Part shown: positions 13,410 to 26,645 of the stretch, in pieces
Numbering within the stretch: the stretch's first letter is position 1
Layout: each line of letters opens with the position of its first letter
NCBI GenBank assembly: GCA_013265495.1
Contig: MU058451.1
Location: forward strand, 1,464,167 to 1,528,166
Reading direction: 5' to 3'
DNA: 64,000 nucleotides
DNA from: Vicugna vicugna
Taxonomy: Eukaryota
Notes under the pieces: generated by a model
Database searches by the model: none
What the model was told of the DNA's origin: nothing
What the model saw: only the letters and a program-made list of their open reading frames with translations
Program-made: the position numbers and the translations under genes

Positions 13410-14473
13410 ATAATCTCTACTTTGTCCAGAACTATTAAAATGACTGTGTGAGCTGAAACTATGCAAAGCAGTGTTAATAATCAATAGGAAGAAGTTATGA
13501 TTGTTCTGTGACCTTTAAAATTTTTTGTCAAACATTAAAAACTCTCTTACTGTAAGTTATAAATAAATAGTAAAATAAAATATAGTAAAACTAATATTTC
13601 TTTAGTATACTGTAATTTAAAGTCTTGGAAACATTACAGATTAAAGTTATACCTTTGCAAAAAACTTATCAAGAGTGGTTTGCAGAATGCTTGCCTTCTC
13701 ATCATATAATTTACAATATGAGTGAGCATTTTCCCTGTGCTTCAGTGAACCGTCATGCTCCTTTCTAAGTTTGGGTCAGCTTCTAGCACCTTTGCACTTC
13801 CAGTGTTGTGAAATATCTCTAGGAGCTTATTTAATATGGAGATTTTGAATAGCATCAGTCCGTCTGTGATATCTTTATCTTTTTCATCACAACTTTCCTC
13901 ATTAATGTCAGTAACTCCATCTTCACTGTTTTCTTCTGGTTGCATGTCCAGAGTCTCGAACAGGGGCAGGATCAACCTTCCCATGATCAGCTATTTCTTC
14001 TCTAACTCCCTTTACATTCAATTCAAATTTCACTTCTAGCATTGTCACCTCTTGGTTTTTGTTTGTTTGTTTGTTTGTTTGTTTCACTTTCATATTCTTT
14101 AGCCATTTACCTCTTCTGATTATTCATTTATGAAATGTCATACAGGACTGTCACTAGGAGACAAGGAGATGATACAAATGCTTGCTTTGCTCTCTGTGCA
14201 TGAACTTTATAACTGACACACAGTGACCAATCACCAACAGACTTTGAAAGAAGTGATGTGATTGGACATTGATCAGGTGTGCATCTATTACGTATGTAGT
14301 GATCTGTGAACTAAAGAGCTAGTAGCCAAGTTTGTACTTTATGCAATTTACACAGTTAATATAACGTGGTAACTGAAATTTAAGCCATATTGTTTTAGGA
14401 CTGTTGTTACTTAGCTGAATCATGATAACTGAAATCCATGCATTTTGAAACAGTGTAAAATGAGGATGGCCTG
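13410..14473 (-). mobile_element. TcMar-Tigger DNA transposon remnant
   Basis: ORF 13742..13984 gives EESCDEKDKDI...LLEIFHN...LEADPNLERSM, resembling the acidic C-terminus of Tigger/pogo transposases. Right end is Tigger-like (...aaaatgaggatggcctg). Confidence 0.7.
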
Positions 14474-14516
14474 TCTATGTTTTATAACAAAGCCAGTCAT
14501 TTGACAACTGGTTGAG

Positions 14517-14932
14517 TGTGGTGGCCATGCAAATATGCCAGTCACTTCTCTTCTAAGGGAAGTGCTTGCTGGATGGCTCCAGGTGCTAAGCTCTGAACCT
14601 ACCACTGTGTTCCCACCAGGGCCATGCTTCCTATGAGCTACTCCTAGCCAGTGATTGACTATGGCACAGATAAAAACATCCATTCCTGCCAGATGGGCGA
14701 CTCTGGCCCAAGGACTCCCTGTTGGCCTAGCTGAACCTCTTCAGAACTGCTCTGCAGTATGTGACTCTTCCCACCCAACCCTCCTCTCTTCCCTCCGTCC
14801 TTCACAGAGGCCACATCTGCACTGTTGTCCAAAGATTCTCGCCACTCCTCCAGCTCTTTCCCTTGCAGATGTTTCCCTCAATAAATCTCTCGTACATCTA
14901 ATCTGCTTCTCACAGGTCCTAAACTAATAACA
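14517..14932 (+). mobile_element. ERVL LTR, LTR16-like (5' LTR)
   Basis: Begins tgtggtggcc, has AATAAA at ~14880 and ends ...cctaaactaataaca. Body resembles LTR16. Confidence 0.7.
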
Positions 14933-15595
14933 AGTAATCCTGAGAGTGGTCCCCAAAAAACAAGGATCATATGGAGATTTGGGTCTGTCACCACATGGCA
15001 GGTGAAGAGAATGCCATCATGAGTGGTATGGAGGGTCCAAATAGTCCCTTGTTTCAGATTTCACAGATGGAGAGCTGGGAAAATGTCCAGATGAAATAGA
15101 AGGTTTACAGATGTGATGCTCTGGTATCTAGGAGAAAATCTACAAAGGCAGTAGAGTTGGGTACCTGTATAGATGTCCCACAGAAGGAGGATGAGAAATT
15201 AAGGACCATTAATACACAGTTTTAGGCACACAGAAAAGTCCTTCTTTCCTGTACTTGAAGAGCAGAGGCAGCTGAACAGCAGAATGATGATCTGATGGAG
15301 TCACAGAGCTCCATGAATGCTTGGCTAAGCAAGTCTGCTGTGTTAAGGGTAGCTTTGGTTAGGAGAATCTGGTACCCCGAAACATGAGTTGGGGACATCT
15401 AGGTGATTGCCCCTGAGGATTCTGGCTCTACTGAACCACTCTGAAATTGCAGAGTTTGTGGCAGTGGCCCACCCTTCCCTGGAACAAGCTAGCCCTCCCA
15501 GGGCTGGAAGGAACTGGGGAGCGCACTCCCCAGAGGCAACAGGTGCCCCTCAGGAGCTGCCTCACCTGCTCCTCTGGCTGCTAGGCTGGTAGCTA
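14933..15595 (+). mobile_element. ERVL internal remnant (leader and gag, HERV16-like)
   Basis: Directly follows the LTR with degenerate PBS-region text (gagagtggtc). 15340-15415 resembles the ERVL gag motif V.AL.G..WDPE.W.GDIW. Confidence 0.6.
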
Positions 15596-15702
15596 ACCAG
15601 TTGTTGACCTTGTGGTATTTTCTATCTGGTAGGAAAGACAGAAAAGAATGATAATACCTGGGTCTGTGGACTACAAAAGGGGGGTGGTATCTAATTCAGT
15701 CT

Positions 15703-15784
15703 CCTTTTTTTTTTAACTTTTTTTTATTTAGTTATAGTCAGTTTACAATGTTGTGTCCGTCTCTGGTGTACGGCACAATTTTTC
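15703..15784 (-). mobile_element. Very short young L1 3' tail with 13-bp TSD
   Basis: Poly-T plus tatagtcagtttacaatgttgtgtc...tctggtgtac, flanked by tctaattcagtct at 15690-15702 and 15785-15797. Confidence 0.85.
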
Positions 15785-15799
15785 TCTAATTCAGTCTTG

Positions 15800-16900
15800 A
15801 CCAAAGGAGGGACAGAGAGAATATAGAGACTGATCAGAGAAGGTCAGGCAAGAAGTGGGGATGTGAACCTTGGTGGGAGAGGAGAACTGATGAGGGAGAG
15901 GAGGGGAAGGAGAAGGGGAATTCTGCACAAGAGGCAGGGCACCAGTAGAGACATGGAGGCCTTGGAAAGCAGGGCATATCTGGGAGATGAAATTTGTTCA
16001 GAAGAGCTGAAGAGTATGGGCTCAGAGGAGCAGGGAGAGGTGAGAAAGAGAGGGTGACAAGTGCCTTGTATGCTTTGATAAAAGCTCTAGCTTTTGTGGT
16101 GAAGGTTATAAGTAACCCCAGGAGAATTTCACCTGGGGATGAGTGTGAATTGTGTGATGATTTTTGCATTTATGAAGGATGACTCTGGTGGCTGTATTGG
16201 AGACAGACTGGAGGGGTGATAGATTTAAATGAGGATTAAAGGAAGAGGCTGGGAGCAAGGAGGTGCCTTAGGAGGCCATTACAGGAATCCATGTGAGAAA
16301 ATAATGGGAGTTTGAACAAAGACAGAGGCAGGGAGAGGGAGATAAGATGCATTTCAGAAAGACATAGAAGTAGAAAGAATAGGACTTGGTGACTGGATGT
16401 GATTTGAAGACAGACAGGATAGAATGGTCCTCAGGCTTCTCGCTTGGGTGACTAGATGGAAGGCTCAAGGTGACACATTCCCTCAAGTAGGCAAAAAAAA
16501 AAAAAAAGGAGGAACAGGTTTTGGAGAAAGCCAAGAGTTTAGCTTTTGGACATGTTGAGTTTGAACTGCTAGTTGGATGTCCCAGTGGAAATATCTAGGC
16601 GACAAATAGATATATAGAGATTTGCATTCAGGATAGAGATGTGGGAGGTATATACTTGCCTATCTGTACACACACATTCTCATTAATGTTATAGATATAC
16701 ACTATTATATTTGTGTGGCTCATATATATTATGTATAATATATATGAGCATATATGTGTATGTGTGTATCTGTAAGTGTATATATGTATGTGTATATGTA
16801 TAAACCATCACATATATAGCATATTTGAAACCAAAGAATTGTTCAGATGGTCTGGGAGAATGTATAGAAAAGAAAAAGTGAGCCTGAGACTGTGGTCCTG
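15800..16900 (-). mobile_element. L2 fragment
   Basis: Purine-rich antisense L2 text (ttaggaggccattacaggaatcca, gagtttagcttttggacatgttgagtttga), interrupted by TA/TG low complexity near 16700-16820. Confidence 0.75.
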
Positions 16901-17069
16901 GAGAACTGGAAGATGGAAGTGTGGGGAGAAGAAAAGATTTCCCTAAACGTGGCTGAGAAACACTGGGCAGGCTGCAGAGACGGAAAAGCGTTGGGGAGGC
17001 AAAAGGGAGGGTTCCCTGGAGCCCTGAGGGAAGGGGACGTCCACCTGGTCAGTAGCACTGATGTGGCAC

Positions 17070-17290
17070 GTGAGATAAGCAGTACCATTCACTATGTTAC
17101 TACAAAGTGTTGGCAGCCGTCTGGTGCACTTTGTATATGGATACTCCTGGATTCGTACGACCCCCCAAAACAAATCACAGCGAAGAAAGCAGAGTCCGTG
17201 AAGTTAAGAGCTATGCCTAGGATCACAAGACTTCAGTGCTAGGGCTTGGGTGTGAGCCCACATCAAAGCTCGTGCTCGCTTCATAACATT
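17070..17290 (-). mobile_element. MIR SINE fragment
   Basis: Degenerate MIR core (gaagttaagagctatgcctaggatcaca). Confidence 0.5.
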
Positions 17291-17469
17291 ATGTTGTCTC
17301 TAGACAAGAGAGCGGTTTCTACAGAGTGATGTAAACAGTGGTAGAGATACCAGTTGAAGTGGTGCGCAAATTGTAGCAATGGGTATGCAGTCACCCAGCT
17401 TACCAAAGAGGTGGTAAGTACCACAGTGATGATGGAGCCAACAATGGTCCTTTGAAACACGCTCCAGCC

Positions 17470-17622
17470 TGACTATGTGACTGTTTACTCGGTGCCTGCA
17501 TCTCCCCACTGGCATGTAAAACCCAGGAGGGCAAGGACTGTGTCTGTTTTCACTCACAATTTTATCCCTGAAGCCCGGCACATAGGAGTTGAGTGAATAC
17601 TTGTTTTATGAATGACTAAACT
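17470..17622 (+). mobile_element. L2 3' tail
   Basis: ggagggcaaggactgtgtctgttt...ggcacatagg...gaatacttgttttatgaatga. Confidence 0.75.
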
Positions 17623-17740
17623 GCAGTTGAATCATTTATTTTTGGCCATTCTCATTATTGATTTAAAGACCGTAGATTTGTGTCGATTTGGCTGCATAGT
17701 TCAATTTGGTTATTAGGATGATCAGTTTTTTTTAAATCAT

Positions 17741-18286
17741 TTTATTAGTATCCTGTGGCTGCTGTAACAAATTACTACAATCTTGGTGACTTAAAACAAC
17801 AGAAATTTATTCTTTCACAGTTTTGGAGGCCAGAAGTCCAAAGTCAAGTGTCAGCGGGGATGAGTTTCCTCCAAAGGCTCTGGGGAGGTTCAGTTTCTTG
17901 TCTCTTCCTGCCAACTTCTGGTAGCTCCAAGTGCTTCTTGGCTTATGACTGCATCATTCCTACCGCTGCCTCTGTGGTCACATCCCTTTCTCCTCTGTGT
18001 GTCTGGCTCAGCGCTGCATCACTCTAGTCTCCACATCTGTCTTCGCACGGCCTCCTTCTCTTCTGTCCATGTGTTTTCTTTTGTGTGTTTCTTTTAAGGA
18101 TTCTTGCCATTAGATTTAGCGCCTACCCAGATAGTCCTCTTAATTACCTCTGAAAAGACTCTTATTTGTAATAAGTTAACACTCACAGGCCCTGTGGATG
18201 TTTATGTGGGAATATCTTTTGGGGACACAGGCCCTGTGGATGTTTATGTGGGAATCTTTTGGGGAGGCACCATTCGATCCACTACA
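17741..18286 (-). mobile_element. MaLR LTR (MLT1C/D-like)
   Basis: Canonical MLT1 end tattag...ggctgctgtaacaaattactaca...ttaaaacaacagaaatttattc; other end ...ccactaca. Contains an internal ~42-bp tandem duplication. Confidence 0.85.
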
Positions 18287-21200
18287 ACCATGAAAGGAGA
18301 AAAATTTCCTATTTCAAGTGTCCCGGTCCCAGAGACTTACCTCACTGTAGCATCATATATGCACCAGGTAGTTATCCTTGTTTTATTTTACTTGGCAGCA
18401 GCAGTGAGGTTGTTAATTTTCAATGAAAACACTGACAACATAAACTTTACTTTTGTGATTAGGTGGAATTAGGAATGTAAATACACTTGTGATTCGTCCC
18501 CTTAAAATGTCTGTGGAAGTTTGTAGGTGGTTTAGAAAATTCAGCAAGTTGAATTCACTGGATGTTCATTCTGAATCCTGGTTCTTAGGAAGACATTTTT
18601 CAATAGGAAGGCCAGCTTTTAGCTTCCATTTTCAGTAGTTCTTTTCCAGTCAACATTCTAAGAATTGAAAGAGAATGACTACAGAAAGCTTCTTGCAGAG
18701 GCTCAGAAGCCAATGGGAAATAATAAATCAAAAAAAAAAGATTTGAAAAATGTCGTAAAAAATTTAAGTTTGCAGAGGAAGGGCGACTTTGTTACAAAAA
18801 TTTTTTAAAGAACAACTAACTTACCGGTTGCCCTTGAAGCCAAAGAGCTCTGATTGAAAACTTGACTTTATGAAAGGCTGGGCTGACGGAAGATAAAGCC
18901 ACTGATGTTATCTCTGGGTGATTTATTTCCTTTTTTCCTAGAAATGAGAATCTAGGCATTTGGGGAGTACTTGCTTTGTTCTGTTCTATTCTCCTCTCCT
19001 TCGTGAGACAGCAAATAGCGCTAAGAAGTTGATTCCATTAAGTAGCTGCATAAAAGATTGACATTTATGCTCAGTATTGTTACGGCCGTTATTTGGTGCT
19101 TCCAACTTGGAGATCCAAAGCAGCACAATGAGAGATTTTGTCTGGAAAACATGGATTTGGGGTTATTTGGGACGTAGGGAAGTGGATCAGGCCCCTAGTT
19201 TTCTTAAGAGTGGGATTAAATGTTATTTTTATATGTTTTTATTTAGGGAAATTTAAAATGGAATTGATGAGATCTGAAAATGTCATTTAATGACTGGGCA
19301 GGATCTGAATGATCAACGGAAAATGGTTTTGTCACTATTCCAAGTGAATTCTCTATGAATCCCCCTAATATGCCCAAGTCCAGATGCTTCTTAAAAGCCA
19401 TCAGTATAATGAATTAGATGGAAATATGAATCCTTCATCTGGTGTATTTTGACCCCAGCTGGTAACAGGACTGTGACCCGAGGCAAGAATTTCCAGAAGT
19501 ACTAAAGGCAGTTGGAATAGCAGCAACAGATATTAGTCTCAGCTATCATGATATCAGATTTTCATTCTCTTCCAGCCTGGTGCTGCATGAAGAACACAGG
19601 CAGTCCTGTGAGATACTTCTCAGGCCTGGAGCTTTTGTGTCCGGATCCCCAGAATCTAAATCTCTCCTTGCATAACAAAAAGAGAACCTGGAAAATATGT
19701 TGAGGAATGAGAATTGGGATAACAAACGTCTAGTTTGTCAGGGATTTGTCCAATGTGGCTAACAGCGTAGTGCATGGGCAATAAAGCCAGACCAGCGCTG
19801 GGTCACAAAGGGAGAATTAAAAGACGACCAGCAGCTGTTCTCATCTCTCCTGAGACCACAGAGGAAATGGGTTTACACCGGAGCAAGAGGGATTTAGGTT
19901 GGTATATGAAAGGATTTCTGACTCAAGGTAATGCTTTCTCACGAACAGCACAATCGCATCTCCCACTTCTGTTACTTAAAAACACACAGATTCTGGTGTC
20001 TTCCAAAGTGGATTAGAGACCAGAGCCCCCCACAGTCCCAGAGGCCCACAGGATGGCTCTTTTTAATATTTCAAAAAGCCCAATGATATAAACATTTAAA
20101 CACAAGAAGTCAAATAGACGACTAATAAGAATATCTTTTTGAAAGTTCTTTGATTGAAATTATATCAGCTCAGTATTATCCCATGTTGGTCAGATGCTCT
20201 TATTTTAATAAATGTTTCCTATGACTGCAAGTGGAGAATTAGTTGTTACTTAAACTCTATAATTTGTTTGCTGCTCAAAATTCTATCAAAACTTGGGTCC
20301 AATGAGAAAAATAAAAAATTAAAAAGAGATCCTTGGTGGTGAGAAGGCAGCAGTCCATTTCTTTAGAAGAGAAACCGGAATGTGTTAAGAAACTAGGTTT
20401 AGGGTTCAGCTACCTTTGGGTTAGAAGTCTAACTCTTTACTCACTGTCCAAAGGCATTTTCTGTAGCCTTGCTAATAAGCCTTTCCTTTGCTCATTCTAA
20501 AATAATGATACTCAACTTGTAGATTGATTGTGAATATCACATGAGAAAATATGTACAAAAATAGACTAGAAGTTCTCTGGTTCTGAAGAAGGTGGAAGCA
20601 CAGAAATAAATTTTCTAGGAAGAAAATCAAAATATCCGTGGAGCCAAAGAAGACATTTCACCAAGTGGGCTTAAACATGGCAGTCGTGTGACTGTTGCCT
20701 CTGAAACACACATGCTTGTCTGTTTGTTTTTCTTTACTACGTCAATGGAAAGGACCCCCTTGCAGAAACACAAGCAATAATAAGAATGAAGAGCTTTTAC
20801 AAGTGACAGTGATTTTATTTATTTTTTGCTGTCTCTGCCTTCTCAGTTATTGGTAATTTTGTTAATGTGGTTTCAATGCAATTGATTATATATCCAGCTC
20901 ATTTATTATTTATAGGATTTATGTGTTGTTATTCCCTCACTGACTTCTCAAGGTTTAAATATTCTTTAACCCATTGGAAAATAAATATGATGTCATTCTT
21001 AGGTGCTGCTCTCCGAGTTTCCCATTCTCTTTTGGATTGTGCTGACAGCTCACTCTTAGAGAGGAGGTGGCTGGGAACTCAAGTCTGTGTTGAGCCACAT
21101 CCTTTGATGGCTGTCTTGCTTCTCTTACTTAAGCCTTTCCCACTTTAAGGCTTACCCAGGTGCTTTTCTGGCAAGGCTGAATAAGAGCAGAGGCCTCAGC

Positions 21201-22717
21201 TCCTTCTGCAAAGGACACAGGGTGCAGTTGGGGGACTGCCTATACATGGTGGAAGTTTTGGAGGCAGAGGAAGATCCAGAGAGGATGTCAGTGTGGCTCT
21301 CCTGGGGGTTTCAACAGCTGGTTTCCAAGGAGCATGTCACTTGGAACTTCTCTTTCTGCTTTCCTTTGGCAGTTTACCACCAGGGCCATCAGCCATATAT
21401 TTAATCTCTTTTTTATTTTATCTAAAAAAGTGAACATCTTCTGAGCTTTCTAAATATGGATAATTCAAAAGTAGACTCTCGTGGTTTGGGTAAGGTAGAT
21501 ACGTGGCTCTGAAGAGTTTTGGTCCATGGCAAGATTGATTTATACGCTTTTTTTTTTTTAAGTAACAACATCTCTAATTTTTTTAAGTAACAAAAAGGGA
21601 CTCTCTAATCCAAAATGTTGAATGCTTTTTTTGTTTAAGGAAATCAGAAAATAAGAGTGTGGCTGCAAATGGTGATCAAGTTTGAATAGGATAATCTTTT
21701 GAGGCAAAGTTACCTCAAAGGTTAGAGTGTTTTTCTTAAAAGATTCCATAGGAATTATGAAATGCATCATGTCCCTGGATTAGACAAGAATTCCTGAGAG
21801 GCTGAAATGTTCCTCCTCAGAAGGAGAAACACTTGAGCTGTGTGTTCTCCCTGCGGAGCTGGCACATCCATTACGAAACCAACCGTGGACTCAACGGCCG
21901 AGACTGTCAGCACGTTCAGAGTTCATCTTCCTACGGGGACTTGTCTCGAAATGCAATTAGTAGGACATTTGTAGACATCTTTTCAGTGTATGGTTACAGA
22001 GTGGGGGGTCATCTCAACCTGGAGGATGGCAACCACAAGGCCCTCTGCTGTTCTTTTCTGAAGAGAACAAAGATCTCTCTCTTTTTTTTTTTTTTTGCCA
22101 CATTTAACGTTTAAATACACTTAGCCAGAAAGCTCCTAAATGCCCTGTCCCCACCACCATTTACCAAGATGCTTCCCCACACGCTACGTGGTCAGCGGCA
22201 CAAACTCCCTCCAGGCTCCTCACCCACGCTTTGGAGAGCCTCTGTTGTATTTTTTTTGCTGTCTTTTTTTCTCACTTCTGATGTGGATGAAAGTCTGCAC
22301 TCACAGCTCTTTCCAATAGTTTAAGGATATTTGATCCTTCAGTATTTATCCATTATTGGCTCTGTTTACCCAAGGGAAAATTAAGTGCAGGGCCTTAGAA
22401 CACTGAGCGCTTTAATACGCGGATGCATATGCTGATCTCTGACAGATGTTGGTCTTTGGGAACAACAGAAGGGAAGCTACGTCATTTGCTTGGGAAGCTG
22501 CTTGAGCAAACTGACTGATCCTGCAGGTGCCCGGGCAGCGTGGGGTGAGCAGCCCGCAATGCTGAGAAAAATGTCTGGTGCAGGGACAACTCCCGAAATA
22601 TTACGGTTTTTCACACACACACCCCAGCCAGCTGGCAGGGGATTCTGAACAGTGCCTTGTAGGAAAAATAGTGGCTCTAAGAAGTTTTGATTTTGAGTCT
22701 ATATTAGTGGGCTTTAA

Positions 22718-22840
22718 TTTGAATGGGGGGGCTTAGTAATTAGATTTGTTTGTTTGTTTATGTATGTATTTAATGGAGATACTGGGGATTGAGCCTGTGA
22801 TAAGCCTGCCCTCTACCACTGAGCTGTACCCTACCCCCCA
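22718..22840 (-). mobile_element. tRNA-derived SINE, camelid Vic-1 type, internally deleted
   Basis: Minus strand: GGGGGTAGGGTACAGCTCAGTGGTAGAG (A box)...CTCAATCCCCAGTATCTCCATTAAAT. 14-bp TSD ttagtgggctttaa at 22704-22717 and 22843-22856. Confidence 0.85.
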
Positions 22841-22921
22841 TCTTAGTGGGCTTTAAAATTTCACTGTTTTATTTCTGTAAAAAGAAAAATCTTATTTGTA
22901 TTTGTCACTAGATAGTCTGAC

Positions 22922-23087
22922 TTTTTTTAAATTTTATTTTTTTTTAGTTTTTTTGGGGGGGGGTTGGGGGAGATAATTAGCTTTATTTATTTATTTACTT
23001 TTTTTTTTAGAGGATGTACTGGGGATTGAACCTAGGACCTTGTGCTTCGTAAGCATGTGCTCTACTTTGAGCTATACCTTCACCCCC
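22922..23087 (-). mobile_element. tRNA-derived SINE, camelid Vic-1 type
   Basis: Minus strand: GGTATAGCTCAAAGTAGAGCACATGCTT...GGTCCTAGGTTCAATCCCCAGTAC (A and B boxes), A-rich tail. Imperfect TSD gatagtctgactt / gataagctgactt. Confidence 0.85.
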
Positions 23088-23739
23088 TGATAAGCTGACT
23101 TCTCAATCTACCCAGGTGTGGCCCTTTTCTCAGGTTAAAATGGATTTTAGGCAAAATGATTTTTGTGCCTGCAGATGGGGGCTGTCTGTGTGTGCAGGCT
23201 CATGTGTATTTGTAGTAGAAGAAAATCCTTCAGGCCAGTTTTGGTAGACTCTTACTTCTGATTTAATCCCCCCACCCCCATTTTTGCTGTTATATGAGCC
23301 TTTAGGAATTTCCATTGCCCTGAGTCAGTGTGTGAGGGCCACAGGACTGCCCCACTGCCCCCACTGCCTCGAAAGCACCTAGGGGGCTGGGCCATCTCAC
23401 TTACCGGGGTGTCTCCAGCACCTGTTAAACTGTGGGTGCTTGTGTGTTCAACAAAACACACCCCTGACCCAGGTAGTTGTCCCAAACACCAGATATAATT
23501 GCTTCCGTGTATCTTATTCCAAAAAGGACAAAAACCCTTCAAGGGCAGTCATGGCCCTGGGACTTAGTGTGAGAACTTTAGGGAAATTTTATCTTCATTG
23601 GGTGTGTAAAATCCTTGTTTCCTCAGCCACCACCCATGATTGAGACAGCACGGATCTAAATGACCATCAGCATCTTACGTGATTCAGGCACCTCCTACGA
23701 CTCAGTGGAGAGCTGCCATTAACGTCCTGAGACCTCGCC

Positions 23740-23925
23740 TTGAGGAGCAGCAGCTGGGAGCCGGTGCCCAGGCTCGCATCTCAGCCCTGCCTCTCTCTGG
23801 GTGACCCTGATGACTTAGCCTCTCTTTAGATCAGTTGTTGGTGTGAAGATTAATTCAGTCAATCTGTGTGAAGTTCTTAGAGCAGTGCTGGCATGTACTA
23901 CGTGTACATACTAACTATCACATTA
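23740..23925 (+). mobile_element. MIR SINE fragment
   Basis: ctgggtgaccctgatgacttagcctctct...gtgaagattaa...gtgaagttcttagagcagtgctggca. Confidence 0.65.
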
Positions 23926-25099
23926 TAATATTATGTTATATCATATTGTGCTGTATTACTGAGTTCTCTGATAACCTCCTTCCTCCTGTTCACAGCCAGG
24001 AAATGAGGTGAACTCTGAAGGGAATGTGAGAACACTTTCATCCTTTTCCTGTGCTTTGAGGCCCATGGTTTCCATGCCTCACACCTGTGCTCTATGCTTG
24101 AGGCCTTCCTTCAACAGATGCACATGAGCCATCGCACGTGTCTTTCCTCAGTCTACCTTGGCTTCACCTTTGCTTCTAGACAGAACTAAATTCTTCCCTG
24201 TCTCTTTTTCCAAATTACCCTGCAGTCTACTGAAGCATTTATCATTCCTTTAAACCTATTGATTAACGTACCTGTCTCCTTGTCAGCCTTGGCAACTTAA
24301 GGACAGAGACTTTTTCTCTATTTTGCTCGTATATTCCCAGGGATAGGACAGAAGTGGTCTTAAATGTGTGTTAAGATTAATCATTGAATGTCTCACAGCC
24401 CCAAATGTCTTTAATCCTTGCTTGATCCAAGTCTACTGAAATTATCAAATGCTTTTGAAATACAAATAATCTTAGTGGACAGCTCTGGACAGCTATCATT
24501 CAACAAAGATCTTATTCTAAATACTCAAAGCCGAAATACACTTTTAGTTGGGGAATGCAGGGGTCATACAGCTATTGGGTGGTCAGTTCAGAAGAACCCT
24601 GGACAGGGCATTGCACCAGTGGGGAAAAAGCCCTAAGTAACTATGGTACACTATAACCTACGTAAAATGCTATCTGTATTTATAAATACAAAGTATTTAT
24701 TAGCATGTTTGAAAACTACTTTGTTTTTTGTTTGTTTGTTTGTTTTCTTGGGCTCCTCAGGTAGTGAATGTGGCCTGTGAACTGATTTTGAAGAATAAGT
24801 TGGAAATGGCCAGATGGGTGAAGGGGGAATGCCTGCTAGTGAAACAACTGACCAGAAAAGGAGGCTAAGGGGAGTGCTGAAAGGCTAGGGCAGGAGGGGG
24901 ATCCTTCTCTAAAGCACAGGGTGTTTGTGGAAGTAGAAGAAAGCAGGCTGGAAGGGGGCTGGGAGCTGATCATGGAGAGTCTTACAAACCCCACTAAATT
25001 CCAAAGACCACGGGAAGTCTCATAAACATTTCTTCCCGGGGAGGGATGTTATCAGATGACTTAAAAATAATTCTAAAGGTGTCCCTGACGCTGGAAGAG

Positions 25100-25325
25100 T
25101 AATGATGATAACTGTTGATGCTTCGGGAGTCCTTACTTTGTGCCAGGATCTACTCCAGGCACTTTATATGTGTCTCTGCATTTCATTTTTACAGCAGCCC
25201 TAGAGATAAGTGCGAGCCTTTCTTCTTTTACCAAGTTGTGTAAACAGTAAGTAACAAAGCTGAAATTTGAACTCAGGTCAGGAGGTGGGAGAGGCTGTGT
25301 GTTTAACCACTGGGCTATACTGCGT
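25100..25325 (-). mobile_element. MIR SINE
   Basis: cttactttgtgccagg...gcactttatatg...agtaagtaacaaagctgaaatttgaactcaggtc. Confidence 0.7.
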
Positions 25326-26399
25326 CCTCAGAGACGTGGGGGATGAGGCCAGAGGTAATTAGCTGAGTTAAAAAGTGAAAGCGACCTTATAGGAAAGCAA
25401 ATAATAATCTAGGCCAGTAACAAGGCAAATACAGAGAAATTTTAAGAGGCGTTTAGGAGATACAAGTAATTAGGTTTGGGAAGGCACTGGAGAGCAGGTA
25501 AAGGGGAATGTTTTACATCACGTCAGGCCGGTGGAGGTGCTGATTGCAAAGACAAGGAACTGGAGAAGATACTGGGTTTGGGGCCGGGAGGAAGCTTTCA
25601 GCATGGAGTGGGATTCAACATGTAAAGCGAGTGATACTGAGCAGTGTGACGACGTGCTGTGTTCAGAGTTTGGAACACACAGAGAAGAGGTGATCCTTTC
25701 TGCTTAAAGATGGCTGGGTAAGTCAGCTGGAGTTTGAAGGACATAGAGATTTTCTCCAGTTACAAGAGGGAAGGAAAGCCATTACAGGCATAGGGAACAG
25801 ACTGCACGTTTGCGTGGCGCTCCAGGAGGTGTGCGAATCGGGCTGGGTGCAGGGTGAGCTGCGGGGAGTGGGAGGAGATGAGGCTGGAAGAGCCAGCAGG
25901 AGCCACCCGGGGAAGGGCACCTGCATGTTTAGGAGCCCTGACTCTGCCAACTAGCAGATCTAGCCCCAGAAGTCCCCGGGTCAGCTGGTACCCGAGTGTG
26001 CTTGTGCCTTTGGAAGGTTACACCCAAGGTGGTGGATGACAGCGACTGCTGAGCCTTAAAGAATCACGAAGGAAACCATGGCCTGAGCAGACAGGCCAGC
26101 CAGCCCCAGAGGAACTCCTGTTCCACTGATGATTCTGCTCTGCATTCTGGCCCCAGATGGGCATCTGTGGCGGCCGTCACCAGGAGAGCATTTTGCGTAG
26201 CGCCGTGCCCCCTGGCCGAGAAGACAAGCCCCTCAGAGAATGTGTGGACAGGTGGGCACTATTCACATCCCACCCCGCCCCACCCCAGGTCACTGTTTCT
26301 GTCACAAGGTCTGACACACGTGGCTGCTACTGGGGACAAATCTAATTTATCCAACTGCTCGTTGTCCCCTGCATCACCTTGTACATTCAGTGGCACATT

Positions 26400-26645
26400 T
26401 TCCTCCTTTCCTGCTTGTGCCTCAGACCCTCAAGTCTCAGTTAGGAACCTCTTTATTACGCTTTCTAGTTTTACAGCATTTGCACGTCAGTGTCTATCAC
26501 ACTTGATTTAATTATCTGTTGATTAGTTGTCTCCTCTCATGGACTGTGAGCTCCCTGTCCTGCTCCCAGCCCCTGATTTCTGGATCCGTTGTGCCTAAGA
26601 CAGTGCCCAGCATCTGCAGGCACTCAGGAAAGTTTCTTATTGAGA
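26400..26645 (+). mobile_element. L2 3' end
   Basis: ggactgtgagctcc...gtgcctaagacagtgcccagca...caggcactcagga. Confidence 0.65.

Noticed and set aside
18335..18937. Perfect minus-strand donors (G|GTAAGT at ~18340 and 18824; also 23404 and 62134) as a spliced transcript
   Set aside because: A few such 7-mers per strand are expected by chance in 64 kb, and the implied exons encode nothing recognisable.
22718..23087. Functional tRNA genes
   Set aside because: A and B boxes are present, but A-rich tails, TSDs and the lack of a cloverleaf show these are SINEs.
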